Source of the DNA: Chiloscyllium plagiosum
Lineage: Eukaryota
Direction of reading: 5' to 3'
DNA length: 55,478 nt
Assembly (NCBI RefSeq): GCF_004010195.1
Contig: NC_057753.1
Coordinates: 13,505,979-13,561,456 of the forward strand
Numbering within the stretch: the first letter of the stretch is position 1; each line of letters starts with the position of its first letter. The notes under the pieces are model-generated. The model worked only from the letters and a program-made list of their open reading frames with translations. It did not search any database and had not been told where the DNA came from. Made by a program: the position numbers and the translations under genes. Positions 10,228 through 23,213 of this stretch are shown here, piece after piece.

Positions 10228-11857
10228 GTCAGAGAGTCTCTAAGCATGACAGTGTGTGTCACGCAATGTTGAGATCAAGAGTGGTTCTGAAATGAAGAAT
10301 TCTCGGTGATTTCTGATATTTTTCATTTGAATGTAAAACTTTATTCGTTATAATTATATTATAGAAATAAACTAAAGCTGTCTATTTAGTGAATGAAAAG
10401 TGAACACATGATTTCAAGCCTTTTGTAATGTCACAAAGTGTTCCACGTTTACAGCAATGAGCGATGTAGAAAATGCAGCAACCATTTGCATCTAACAAAA
10501 TTCAAATCATTTGTTTGGAGAAACAATGATCGATCACGTGATTCTGATCGGTCACGTGAATCACTGGAGCAACCTGAGCACCATAAAACATTTTGTACGA
10601 TAATGATAATGCCCCTAAAGCTGAATGTTAACAGTTTCAAAATAGCAGTGGATAAATTCGTTGGTGCAGAATAATGCAGGCTTGCTTTCAAATACCAATT
10701 AGAAAGTGGGATGTAACTCAGATCTGAACAACGTTAACCAATTAAACAAACTTAATAATGGCTGATTAATGAGTCAAAGTCATCAGTGGAAGTCTCAGTC
10801 GCATGTGGTTTCTGCTTGCTGAGCTGTCTGAAAATTCACCCACCACCTAAATTTGTTGATTGTTTTCCCATCATTCACATCTAATTATGTCAATTGTTTA
10901 AAGACTAGAGGAGTCCTCTCCTCCCTCTGGCGACGTTAAGAGAAACCGAATATTATTGCGAACACAAATTGCATTGGAGAAGGTGAAGGTAGTCTGCCTC
11001 GTGGACTGCTGAACTCCTTGAGATGGAAGGAAACTCAGTGCTGTAAGCAAGGGAGTTCCAGAATGTTGACTCAGTAAAAGTCTGGTTACTTACTTTGAGA
11101 GAAAATTGCAGGTGGTATTGTAATCCAAACGTTCGGAATTTTCAAATCTATTTTGTTTATTCTTGGTTATATGTCTCCTCCAGGATCCTGTTCATCTAAC
11201 GGTCTGGACACTTATCAGTGACCGCAGTGAGGTCACTGTGGATCATTAAACTAACGGACTGGCACTGATACAAAGACGGGGGTGGCAGGAATAGCTCAAT
11301 AAGTCTGGTGGCACCTGTGAAGAAAAATTAAAGTTTACTTCTTGTGTCCTGTGCCCCTTCCTCAGAATTGAAACATTTTCGATATAACCCCTGTTTGAAG
11401 ACATTGCTTGGCTGGTGGTGGGAAGGGCAGTACCATGCATGCACGGTCCGCCTGCATTACCACACACTGCCCTTGAATTGGGCATGAATTACTTTACGTA
11501 ATGGGACTTCACGAGATGTGGAGACAATGCCGAGGACTGCGAGAGCAACTCCTCCCGATTGCAGACAATGGCGTGGCTACCTCTGCTCAATCTGTCCTGC
11601 GGGTGGAATGGGACATACTCAGGGAGGGTGAACGTTGTGTCGCAGATGTTGTCTATCAGATATGATTCCATAGTTATGGATCTGACAGGCTGTTGCTTGA
11701 GTAGTCTGGAAGACAGTTCTCCAACTTTGGCACTACTTCCCCAGACATTCGTAAGGACACCTTTGCAGAGTCCACATTACTCTTTTTACCTCGTTAGATA
11801 TCATGTGAATCATTCCATTGCATGTCTTTGTTGAGACTTCAAAGAGATCAATAGACT

Positions 11858-12185
11858 TGGTTGGCACAATGGCTCAGTAGTTCGCACTGCTGCCTCACAG
11901 TACCAGGGACTGGCATTCAATTCTATCCTCGAGCGAATGTGTGTGTAGAATTTGCACGTTTCCCCGTGTTTGCCTGGGTTCCTTCCCGGTGCTCTGGTTT
12001 CCTGCCGCGATCGAAATTTGTGCAGACTAAGTGAATTGGCCATGCCAAAATTATCCATAGTGCTCAGGGATGTGTCATGGGAGATGTAGAGTTATTGGGT
12101 TGAGTCTGGTCGGTTACTTTTCAGAGGGTGGTGTGGATTTGTTGAGACAAATGGCCTCTTTTCACACTGCAGGGATTCCATGACA
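11858..12185 (+). mobile_element. tRNA-derived V-SINE (HE1-like)
   Basis: TGGCACAATGGCTCAGTAGTTCGCACTGCTGCCTCACAG head. Paralog of 1689-2010. Confidence 0.75.
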
Positions 12186-13759
12186 TTTATAAAAAGAGTA
12201 GCTTGCTCGACCAGTACTGTGGATATGTAGTTGCATATGGGCCAGACCAGGTGAGGATAGAGAATTTTCCGAAGTGCATTATTGAATCATATCAATCAAT
12301 TGACAATGTTGCTCATGGTCATTGTAGACTCTTACATGCAGATGTTTAATATTATTCAATTCAAATTTCATCATCTTCTTTGGTGGCATTCGAATCCCGC
12401 TTCCCAGAACATTAACTGACTATCTGCAATAATACTCCAGCGATAATACTGATAGATTATCTAATCCCACTTTGGTGGACTTTTTCCAAAGCTTTCCTTT
12501 TCAAACATGTTTTCTGTTTCCTTTTGAAAGTTCCCATTGAATGTTTATTGATCATTATTTCAGGAAATGGATTTCAGCACATTTTAATTCGTTAGAAGGA
12601 ATGAGGCCTATCTCAAAAGTCAGTGTGTGGGATGCACATATAACACACAAGAGAACGTACTTGGGCACAATGCATATCTTTCTTTATCGAGTATTCAAAC
12701 TATTATCATAATGAAGAATCTTAACAGATCCATTTCACTTACACTTCCACCTGCAATTTTACTACAGATTTTAACTAATTACTTTCAAATGTGATTTTTC
12801 CCCACAAATCAGGATGGTAACACAAACAGGTACAAATGTTGGAGAATTATCAAGTGCCATTTTCAAACTGGAAAGTTAAACCTGCCACTTTACTTTCAGT
12901 CAGGAACAAATCACAAACACAACCGTCTATATGTTTCAGATCTCCAGCATCCACAGTTATGATTCATATTATGAATCTGATCACAGCCTTCCTGAGAAAG
13001 GAATTTTAACCCATCCAGAAGTTTGACAAACATACACATCAGGGAGATACGATGCTCAACCTGTGCGTGGTCATGGATTAAATTGATCACCTCCTCGACA
13101 GACACAAAGACGATGTTGTAGGAGGAACCATGACCCATCCTAGCTGGAAATCTATTGACGAATGTCATGGGAGATCAATGTCTGGAGTTCGTTGTGAACG
13201 TTTCTGAAGCAAAACGTGAAAGACCAAATTAAAATCAGCTTGTTTTAGCTTTAGCATTGGTTAAAGAGAGTGCGCAATTAATAATGTGCGTGTTTAAATT
13301 CGTTATATTCAGCAGAAGATCTATCAGTTGATTCTTACAGACAATAATATTTATTTATTGGACACAATTAATATGAAAACCAGAAACTAACAAAAAAAAC
13401 ACTACGAAATGTCTTATGCTTTAATTTAACTTTGCACATTCGTATACACCACACTCGAACTTGGCCAGGCTCTATGTGGTGATGTTTTCCTTTTTTTCTG
13501 ATGGTCTTGAAGTTGCCTTCTCCTTCAAGTGTTATTCTCGAGTTAACATCTGACTGCGGTTTTGCGGTGTCTGTGATCCTTCCGAGTCTTCACGCTTTGT
13601 GGGAGGGTTTTGAGGGTCTGCCAATGGACTAATTAGGTTTGTTTACCCTGATCGATCAGACCCAACCAAGTGTTGGCACGTTGATGGCAGGGTGGCCCTT
13701 AGGTGTCCAATATGATAGGTGCTGGGTGCATGCAACCTCCTCCAAATAACAGACCTTTG

Positions 13760-16700
13760 CTGTTTTTGAATTCATGTGTAGCTGGACATCGGAGTGCATC
13801 TGGGAAAATTAACAAACAGTGAATTTCACAACTAACCTTGGAGGAACCGATTTGGGCGAAGTTCACAACACACAATCAGGTAAGTTAATTGTTGTTTTAT
13901 GTCTGTCCAAGAGAAAGGCTGTATTAGTGAGTACAGTGGGTTCTTTCTTGATTATATTGGAGATGTTTGGAGATAAGTCTCTTGATTAAACTTAAAATAT
14001 AAGCCATAACTATTAGTTTAACCTAGTGCAGCATTTTGTAGAGGAATAAGACTGTGTTATTTTCTGGGCCTGTCGATTGTGAAGGAGAAAACATGGCCTT
14101 TAGTGCAGTGATGTATACTTCTTGTCAGATGTGAGAGTTTAAAGAGCGTTTAAGGGTTACTGCGGATTATATCTACCATAAATGCTGTTGGATGCGAATC
14201 TTATCAGATCGAATGGATTGGTTGTAGAGACAGATAGAAGCAATGAGGAATTTGCAACAGCAACAGTATGTGATGGATGGCAGTTATACGAAGGGGAGAA
14301 AGTCTCAGAGACAGTCACATAGACGGGTTAACTCCAGGAAGGGTAAGAGAGGTAGGCACATAGAGCAGGAGCCTTTTGTGGATATACCCATTTCAAACAG
14401 GTATGCTGTTTTGGAAAATGTAGGGGTTGATGGATTCTCAGGGGAACGTAGCACGAACAGCCACGTTTCTGGTATTGAGACTGGCTCTAATGCAACGAGG
14501 GGTACATCGGGTTCCAAGAGATCGATTGTGTTAGGGGATTCTGTAGTCACAGGTACAGACAGATGTTTCTGTGGCCAGGAGAGAAAAAACAGAATGGTGT
14601 GTTGCTTCCCTGGTGCCAGGATCAAGGATGTCTCAGAGAGGGTGCAGAATGTTCTCAACGGGGAGAGGGGCCAGCAGGAGGTCATTGTCCACATTGTAAC
14701 CAACGATATAGGAAGGGAAAAGGTTGAGATTCTGAAGGGAAATTACATAGAGTTAGGCAGAAATTTAAAAAGGAGGTCCTCAAGGGTAGTAATATCTGGA
14801 TTACTCCCAGTGCTACGAGCTAGTGAGGGTAGGATTAGGAGGATAGAGCAGATGAATGCATGGCTGAGGAGCTGGTGTATGGGAGAAGGATTCACATTTT
14901 TGGATCATTGGAATCTCTTTTGGGGTAGAAGTGACCTGGGCAAGAAGGACGGATTGCACCTAAATTGGAAGGGGACTAATATACTCGCAGGGAAATTTGC
15001 TAGAACTGCTTGGGAGGATTTAAACTAGTAAGGTGGGGGTTGGCCCCAGGGAGATAGTGAGGAAAGAGATCGATCTGAGACTGGTACAGTTGAGAACAGA
15101 AATGAGTCAAACAGTCAGGACAGGCAGGGACAGGGTAGGACTAATAAATTAAACTACATTTATTTCAATGCAAGGGGCCTAACAGGGAAGGCAGATGAAC
15201 TCAGGGCATGGTTAGGAACATGGGACTAGGATACCATCGCAATTACAGAAACATGGCTCAGGAATGGGCAGGACTGGCAGTTTAATGTTCTGGGTTACAA
15301 ATGCTACAGGAAGGACAGAAAGGGAGGCAAGGGGGGTGGGGAGGAGGGGATCAGTTTTGATAAGGGATAGCATTGAAGCTGTATTGAAGGAGGATATTCC
15401 CGGAAATACGTCCAGGGGATTTATTTGGGTGGAACTGAGAAATAAGAAAGGGATGATCACTTTATTAGGATTGTATTATCGACCGCCTAATAGTCAGAGG
15501 GAAATTGAGAAACAAACTTGTAAGGAGATCTCAGCTATCTGTAAGAATAATAAGGTGGTTTTGGTAGGGGATTTTAACTTTCCCAACCTCGACTGGGACT
15601 GCCATTGTGTTAAACGTTTAGATGGAGAGGAATTTCTTAAGTACATACAAGACAATTTTCTGCTTCAGTATATGGATGTACATTATAGATAAGGTGCAAA
15701 ACTTGACCTACTCTTGGGAAATAAGGCAGGGCAAGTGACTGAGGTGTCAGTGGGGGAGCACTTTGGGGCCAGCGACGATAATTCTATTCGTTTTAAAATA
15801 ATGATGGAAAAGGATAGACCAGATCTAAAAATTGAAACTCTAAATTGAAGAAAGGCCAATTTTGACGTCGCTAGGCAAGAACTTTCGAAAGCTGATTGGA
15901 GACAGATGTCCGCAGGTTAAGGGACGGCTGGAAAATGGGAAGCCTTCAGAAAAGAGATAACAAGAATCCAGAGAAAGTATATTCCTGTCAGGGTGAAAGG
16001 AAAGGATGGTAGGTATATGGAATGCTGGACGACTAAAGAAATTGAGGGTTTGGTTGAGAAAAAGAAGGAAGCATATGTCAGGTATAGACAGGATAGATCG
16101 AGTGAATCCTTAGAAGAGTATAAAGGCAGTAGGAGTATACTTAAGAAGGAAATCAGGAGGGCAAAAAGGGGACATGAGATAGCTTTGGCAAATAGAATTG
16201 ATGAGAATCCAAAGGATTTTTACAAATATATTAAGGACAAAAGGGTAACAAGGGAGAGAATAGGGCCTCTCAAAGATCATCAAGGCGGCCTTTGTGTGGA
16301 CCCACAGAAAATGGGGGAGATATGAAATGAATATTACACATCAGTATTTACTGTGGAAAAGGATATGGAAGATATAGACTGTAGGGAAATAGATGGTGAC
16401 ATCTTGCAACATGTCCAGATTACAGAGGAGGGACTGATGGATATATTGACACTGTAAAAGTGGATAAATCCCCAGGACCTGATCAGGTGTGGAAAGCTCT
16501 GTGGAAAGCTAGAGAAGTGATTGCTGGGCCTCTTGCTGAGATATTTGTATCATCGATAGTCACAGATGAGGTGCCGGAAGACTGGAGGTTGGCAAACGTG
16601 GTGCCACTGTTTAAGAAGGNNNNNNNNNNNNNNNNNNNNNNNNNNNNNNNNNNNNNNNNNNNNNNNNNNNNNNNNNNNNNNNNNNNNNNNNNNNNNNNNN

Positions 16701-17870
16701 NNNNNNNNNNNNNNNNNNNNNNNNNNNNNNNNNNNNNNNNNNNNNNNNNNNNNNNNNNNNNNNNNNNNNNNNNNNNNNNNNNNNNNNNNNNNNNNNNNNN
16801 NNNNNNNNNNNNNNNNNNNNNNNNNNNNNNNNNNNNNNNNNNNNNNNNNNNNNNNNNNNNNNNNNNNNNNNNNNNNNNNNNNNNNNNNNNNNNNNNNNNN
16901 NNNNNNNNNNNNNNNNNNNNNNNNNNNNNNNNNNNNNNNNNNNNNNNNNNNNNNNNNNNNNNNNNNNNNNNNNNNNNNNNNNNNNNNNNNNNNNNNNNNN
17001 NNNNNNNNNNNNNNNNNNNNNNNNNNNNNNNNNNNNNNNNNNNNNNNNNNNNNNNNNNNNNNNNNNNNNNNNNNNNNNNNNNNNNNNNNNNNNNNNNNNN
17101 NNNNNNNNNNNNNNNNNNNNNNNNNNNNNNNNNNNNNNNNNNNNNNNNNNNNNNNNNNNNNNNNNNNNNNNNNNNNNNNNNNNNNNNNNNNNNNNNNNNN
17201 NNNNNNNNNNNNNNNNNNNNNNNNNNNNNNNNNNNNNNNNNNNNNNNNNNNNNNNNNNNNNNNNNNNNNNNNNNNNNNNNNNNNNNNNNNNNNNNNNNNN
17301 NNNNNNNNNNNNNNNNNNNNNNNNNNNNNNNNNNNNNNNNNNNNNNNNNNNNNNNNNNNNNNNNNNNNNNNNNNNNNNNNNNNNNNNNNNNNNNNNNNNN
17401 NNNNNNNNNNNNNNNNNNNNNNNNNTTGCCAGGGTTGGAGGATTTGAGCTATAGGGAGAGGCTGAACAGGCTGGGGCTGTTTTCCCTGGAGCGTCGGAGG
17501 CTGAGGGGTGACCTTATAGAGGTTTACAAAATTATGAGGGGCATGGATACGATAAATAGACAGTCTTTTCCATGGGTTCGGGGAGTCCAGAACTAGAGAA
17601 AATAGGTTTAGGGTGAGAGTGAAAAGATATAAAAGAGACCTAAGGAGCAACGTTTCCAAGCAGAGAGTGGCACGTGTATGGAATGAGCTGCCAGAGGATC
17701 TGGTGGAGGCTGGTACAACTGCAACATTTAAGAGGCATTTGGATGGGTATATGAATAGGAAGGGGTTGGAGGAATATGGGCTGGGTGGGACTAGACTGGG
17801 TTGGGATATCTGGTCGGCACGGACAGGTTGGACCAAAGGGTCTGTTTCCATGCTGTACATCTCTATGACT
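13760..17870 (+). mobile_element. Near full-length CR1 LINE (disrupted, with N gap)
   Basis: ORF1 SGNH-esterase motifs (IVLGDS, CFPGA, HIVTND, DGLHLN; 14243-15028). ORF2 endonuclease (LGLYYRPPN, LVGDFNFP), RT-proximal KSPGPD...PEDWRLANVVPLFKK, and C-terminal RVWNELP..TFKRHLD. 3' tail CTCTATGA. Absent from copy A. Confidence 0.93.
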
Positions 17871-19075
17871 CAAAGGGTACTAGGCGCCTCTCTGTCTAGC
17901 GAATGACCTACTGCTCCCAATTGTTCAGAGGGCGACATTGCATTATCACCTTCAAGTCCAACTTCAGGTGTGCATTACAGGGTCTGCAGCTGTCAGGTTT
18001 GTTTGCAAACCTCTATGGGCAGCTGCAGTCTATCTGGATTGTGCAGCATGTAGATTAGCACCGTCACTTTAGTGAAGGCTCAAGATCGATTTCCCAGAAC
18101 GCTTTCATCATCATTCATCTTTTCTAACTCCATGCAAAGTGTGTTTGTGTCCATCATATGTTCATTCTTTCAGGTGACACTTCCGGCCACAGTAAACTTG
18201 CTCTTCAGAAGTCCTGTTGAATAGAGAACGTAATGTTGTGTAATTTTTAATCAAGTTTCAAAGTAACTTCATTCATTCTGGAAATAGAGTCTGAAACCTG
18301 AAAAATGGCAACTATGAAAATTGGAGTGGCGAATTGCTTATGATGGATTGCCAAAATACACAGAATGATTTGGAAGTGCACAGGCAGTACTGAGTGGTTG
18401 AGGAGGTATTATACAGTCTGTAATTATTATTTGTTCCACGAAAACAGAAACATATGGCTGGAAAAATAAATCAGCTGTGGCTAACGAAAGATTGAAGATA
18501 CCTATTTTTCATGGTTTTTGAAGGCCGCAAGAAAAGATTGAAAGCAATTTAAAATTAAAGAAAGGATGAAAAAAAGACCGATTAAAGTGGAAAAGGGAAG
18601 ATGCATGGAATCTCAGAGGAATCATTAATGTGGACGGCAGAAGATGCTTACATAGATGAAATGCAGAAAAACACAAAAACATATTGGATTGACACCTAGG
18701 CTATCAATTCCAATATTCATTGCCTTATCACTAATGCACAGTTGCAGTAGGGTGGCCACAATATGCATTGCAGTAATTCACTAAGTGCCCTGCAGCAGAA
18801 CATTCTCATGCCCTCTACCACCTAGAAAAACAAAGATAGTAGATGCATGGGACCACTTCACTCTCAGGCCATACTCGGCCATGACGTGGACCTGCTCACA
18901 CTCTTTCATGATCACTTGGTCAAGACCCTGGAAATCTCTTGCTAACAACAATGTAAGTGCCCCAACTCAGCAAGTAGTGCAGACATCAAGAAGGCAGGTC
19001 ACCATCACGTTCTACCAGACAGTTCGGTTTGGTCAAAGCAGCTCTCCCTGGTTCTCTGTGCTGAAAGTGATACAA

Positions 19076-19092
19076 TGCCACCCTCTGCTGGC
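19076..19092 (-). promoter_or_regulatory. CTCF motif, reverse orientation (copy B)
   Basis: Plus strand TGCCACCCTCTGCTGGC, identical to 3507-3523. Confidence 0.6.
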
Positions 19093-20099
19093 GGCTGCAC
19101 ACCACTGCACAGGCAGAGTGGAAAAATCGTTGAGGATTTTGTCAGAGGGATGGAGCAACGCACTGCACTGTTCAAATCTACAACAGCATCTACACACACA
19201 CTTAGTCCGTGTGTGCGCGACAGGCGCGATCAGTGTGAAACATTATGTGCCACCTTCAGCAAATGTGCCTACAGAAGACAGATTAAGCAGCAACAAGTCC
19301 TACAACCAGAAATGTCAACACTGGAAACACTGTGACAGCAGCCATTAAAATGCCAGCCCGGTTCTTTCTGTTACCAGTAGCTCAAATGTTTTGAATGCCT
19401 AGTTTCTCTGCGTTAAAGGAATACAGGGTGTATTTGTTCATGTCAGTAAGAGTTGCAACCGATTGAATTATGTATCATCAGTTCATAATTGTTAACCTGC
19501 ATCTGGAATATATTAATTGATAATGAATAATAATTTATGTTAAGTACCGAAACCCGGACCGGGCTGTCTGTTAATTTGGGAATAAAGGACAGGTAAATCC
19601 GGAAATTTGTGAACTTTGAAAAATTATCGAACATTTGGGATACCTCCAGGAACTGCAGGTCATGTGGCTATGCAGGGATTCCAATAATCCATCTGCATTC
19701 GGAAATGTAAATATTTAAATTTCTTCTATCATGGGAAATCCTTCTAAATTAGACCATTGAGTCCAGGCAACATGTGTGCAAATTCCTTCAGCACTGTTTC
19801 ATTTTAATAAATCTGTATTTGCATCAATATCCGTGACAATTAAATTAGATTCCTGATTTCCTAAATACACTGACTACGCTTCAAAAAGTCAGTTTTTGAA
19901 CGACACTAAAGCGCCTGGAATGTGTTATCCTTCTGCGTGACAAGTATTTTGGAAGTGTCCATCCCTCAGTTACGGTGAAAACATTCAGAATCAGTTCGAG
20001 ACATCTCTCAAGTGAAGATCACTGCCTTTTGAGGAAGGGTATTCCCAAGACTCACAATGCTCTAACAGATACGTTTTCCCTCGTCTCTGATGGAAAAAT

Positions 20100-21030
20100 G
20101 GAGAGAGTCATAGAGTCCTACAGCACGGAAACATGTCCTCTGACTGAAATGGTCCATGCCGTCTGTCCATGCTAACATCATTTTCCTGCAGTTGGCCCGT
20201 ATCCTTCTAATCCTTTCCTGTCCATGCACTTATCTAAATCCCTTTAAATGTTGTGAATGTACCCGCTTCAACCACTTCCACTGGCATGTCATTCCACATG
20301 AGTACCACCATCTGTGTTAAAAATGTTGCCCTTAGGTTTCCCTTTTATTCCTTCCCCTTAAACTGATGCCCTCTAGTTCTTGATTCCCCAACCCTGGGAA
20401 AAAGATTGAGTTCATTCACACCGTCCATGCTTCTCATGGTCTTATACACCTCGATAAGATCCACACCCCCATTCCCGTTCCCCTCAGTCTCCTACACACT
20501 AAAGATATAAGTCCTAGTTTGTCCAACCTCTCCTTCTAAGTTGACCATTGAGTCCAGGCAGCATGCTTCTAAATTTCTTCTGCACTCTTTCCATTTTAAC
20601 AAATCCTTCACATAGCAAGGTGACCATACTGAGCACAATACGGCCTCATCATCTCCTGTACAATTGCAACATAACTTCACAACTTCTATACTCAATTCCC
20701 TGACTGATGAAGGCTTGTGTGCCAAAAGCTTTCTTTACTGTCCTGTCTAACTGCGAGTTTCAGAGAACCGTCCATCTGAACACCAAGGTCCGTCTGTTGC
20801 ACTACACTCCTTAAGGCACTACCATCCATCATGAAGCTCTTGCTTTGAATTACGCTTTCCAAAATGCAAGCCCGTATACCAAATTCTATTTGCCATTTCT
20901 GGCCCAGTTCCCCTACTGATCAGGGTCCTGCTGCAATTTCTGACGACCTTCCTCACTGTCCACCATACCTCCGATGTTAGTGTCATCTGTAAACTTACTG
21001 TTCATGCCTTGAACATTCTCATCCAAATCA
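20100..21030 (-). mobile_element. CR1-type LINE, 3' fragment (copy B)
   Basis: Paralog of 4465-5400. Confidence 0.78.
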
Positions 21031-21614
21031 TTGATCTCAGAACATTGGATAGCTGTTTTAAAATGGGCGAGTTTAAACTATAACCCCTCGTTCTAATACG
21101 TCATGAATATTAGAAAGTAGCCCTTGAAAAATTCCCAATCTGAGCCCTCTTAAAAGAATGTGATGGTTTTTGAAATGCCTGATTCGAGAGCAGATGTTGG
21201 AAGTATATGACCTTATTAAGAAGACAGCAACAAGCAGAGAACTTCGACACTGTAATATTTTCAACATCAAGCCGGAAGTAATTTCCTTTACACAAGGAGA
21301 TGGACACATCCATTCACACGCATGTGCGCACACACACAAACACCAACAGACAAAGATAAACACAGACACACACACAAACACACAAAAATACATGCCCATG
21401 AACACACAGAAATACACGTTGGTAGCCACATAAAAGTACACATATACACAGGCCGCAACATACCTAAATAGATGCGCAGACAGAATTGTAAATACAAAGA
21501 CACACACAAATCCTGAGGCACGCACACACACACAAAAGCAAAAACCTCAAATTTAGCAAGTCCCCTGCTCGTTTTCATTTTGCACGCTATCTGTCGCTCC
21601 ACTTCTGTCCACAT

Positions 21615-22150
21615 TTAGGACATGGAACATTCCAGCGCAGTCCAGGCCCTTCGGCCCTCGATGTTGCAACGACCTGTGAAACCAATCTAAAGCCCATCTA
21701 ACCTACACTGTTTCATTCTCGTTCACCTGCCTATCCAATGGCCATTTAAATGCCCTTAAAGTTGGCGAGTCTACTACTGTTGCAGGAAGTGCGTTCCACG
21801 CCCCTGCTACTCTCTGAGTAAAGAAACTACCTCTGATATTTGTCCTATATCAATCACTCCTCGGTTTAAAGCCATGTCCCGTCGTGCTCTCCATCGCCAT
21901 CCGAGGAAAAAAGCTCTCACTGACCACTCCATCCAACCCTCTGGTTATCTTCTATGTCTCAATTAATTCACCTCTCAACCTTCTTCTCTCCCAATGAAAA
22001 CATCCTCAAGTCTCTCAGCCTTTCCTCGTAAAACCTCCCACCCATGACAGGCAACATCCCAGTAAACCTCCTCTGAACTCTTTCCAAAGCTTCCACATCC
22101 TTCCTAATGTTGTGACCAGAACTATGCGCAATACTCCAAGTGCGGCTGTA
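21615..22150 (-). mobile_element. CR1-type LINE, 3' fragment (copy B)
   Basis: Minus-strand RKDVEALERVQRRFTGMLP...YEERLRDLRMFSL. Confidence 0.8.
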
Positions 22151-22272
22151 CCATTTAGTTTCAACTTCTGAAGCACCAGCATTATGAATGGACAGCATCT
22201 TCCAATAGAATGAGATTTCAGAGATACTTGCCTGGTTTTGGCCAGACTCCATCAGGGTGAAGGTGTGTGTTT

Positions 22273-22297
22273 TGTGTGTGTGTGTGTGTGTGTGTGT
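22273..22297. repeat. (TG)n microsatellite
   Basis: Pure TG run of about 12 units. Confidence 0.9.
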
Positions 22298-22632
22298 CAC
22301 ATTCCATCACGGTGAGGTGACGCGCTGCTTCAAATCACAGGTCAAAACCTTCGGATTAACGTTGAGATCTTTTGCTTAATTTAGTCAGGCTGATCGAAGT
22401 GTGGAATACAGTTTCAGTTGCAATGCGTGAAGAAAATACCCCGAAATCGTTGGGTACTGCATTTGAAATAAAAAGTGCAGAGTAAACCAGGCAAGCATAT
22501 TTGGGGTTGGATGGGGTTGGGGGTGGGGGTATTGGTGGCGGCAGGAGGAGGCGGATATTTTCGTTTTCATTGACCAAGATCGTGTGAATTCAATTGTGGT
22601 CAGAACATTTACGTCGCAATTTCCAGACGTAA

Positions 22633-22646
22633 CCACTAGAGGGCAG
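22633..22646 (+). promoter_or_regulatory. CTCF motif in promoter of single-exon V (copy B)
   Basis: CCACTAGAGGGCAG, ~230 bp upstream of ATG 22879. GC box GAGGGCGGAG at 22674-22683. Confidence 0.7.
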
Positions 22647-22878
22647 GCTGAATCGTTGGCATATATTAAATGAGAGGGCGGAGTGCCATTACAAACATTG
22701 TGAGCAGCTCTTTGTGCGAAAGGCCTGGTACGGAAAGATAAACTCCAAGACACAAAATATTCCACAACTTCGAAAGAAGGCAGGACTGTGTACGACACGA
22801 AAAGAGTGTTTTTTTTCTCATTGGTAACTCTTTTTTTCCCCAACAGAACTCGGTGGACCTTACGCTTCATGTAACTTG

Positions 22879-23213
22879 ATGATGTCTCAAATTTACCGAG
22901 TTCTTTTCCTGCTTTCCTCTCTGATCTACAAGGTAGACACTGGAGAGGATGAAGTCACGCAACTTGCTCAGTGGACAGTTGTTAAGGAGGCAGAAAACGC
23001 TTCCATAGAGTGCTCCACAACAACGACGTTTCGCACAGTGTATTGGTACAGACAGTTCCGGAACCAGCCGCCCCAGTATCTGGTGATGGCCAAAAGAGCT
23101 GATCAACATGAGAGGATCTCCGCTTCAGTCAGTACGGACTACAAACACACTGTCCTAAGTGTGAGAGACACTAGACTTAACGACACCGCCGTCTATCTCT
23201 GCGCCAATGGGGG
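22879..23213 (+). CDS. TCR V segment 2B: leader and V domain in a single exon, apparently functional
   Basis: MMSQIYRVLFLLSSLIYKVDTGEDEVTQ...IECSTTTTFRTVYWYRQFRNQPPQY...DTAVYLCANG. No intron, followed by a perfect RSS. Confidence 0.94.

Larger units (their letters stand above)
1299..11477 (+). repeat. Segmental tandem duplication, copy A
   Basis: Collinear with 11478-27161: 1299-2560 matches 11478-12740, and 2715-11477 matches 18287-27161. The V genes, CR1 fragments, CA-rich tract and CTCF motifs are shared. Confidence 0.92.

Noticed and set aside
16460-17860. Long ORFs across N runs (also 47148-47703 and 51348-52559)
   Set aside because: Their length is an artefact of assembly gaps. The flanking parts are retroelement ORFs.
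18785-19348. 187-aa plus-strand ORF
   Set aside because: No recognisable domain, and the paralogous copy A region (~3215-3780) has no comparable ORF.
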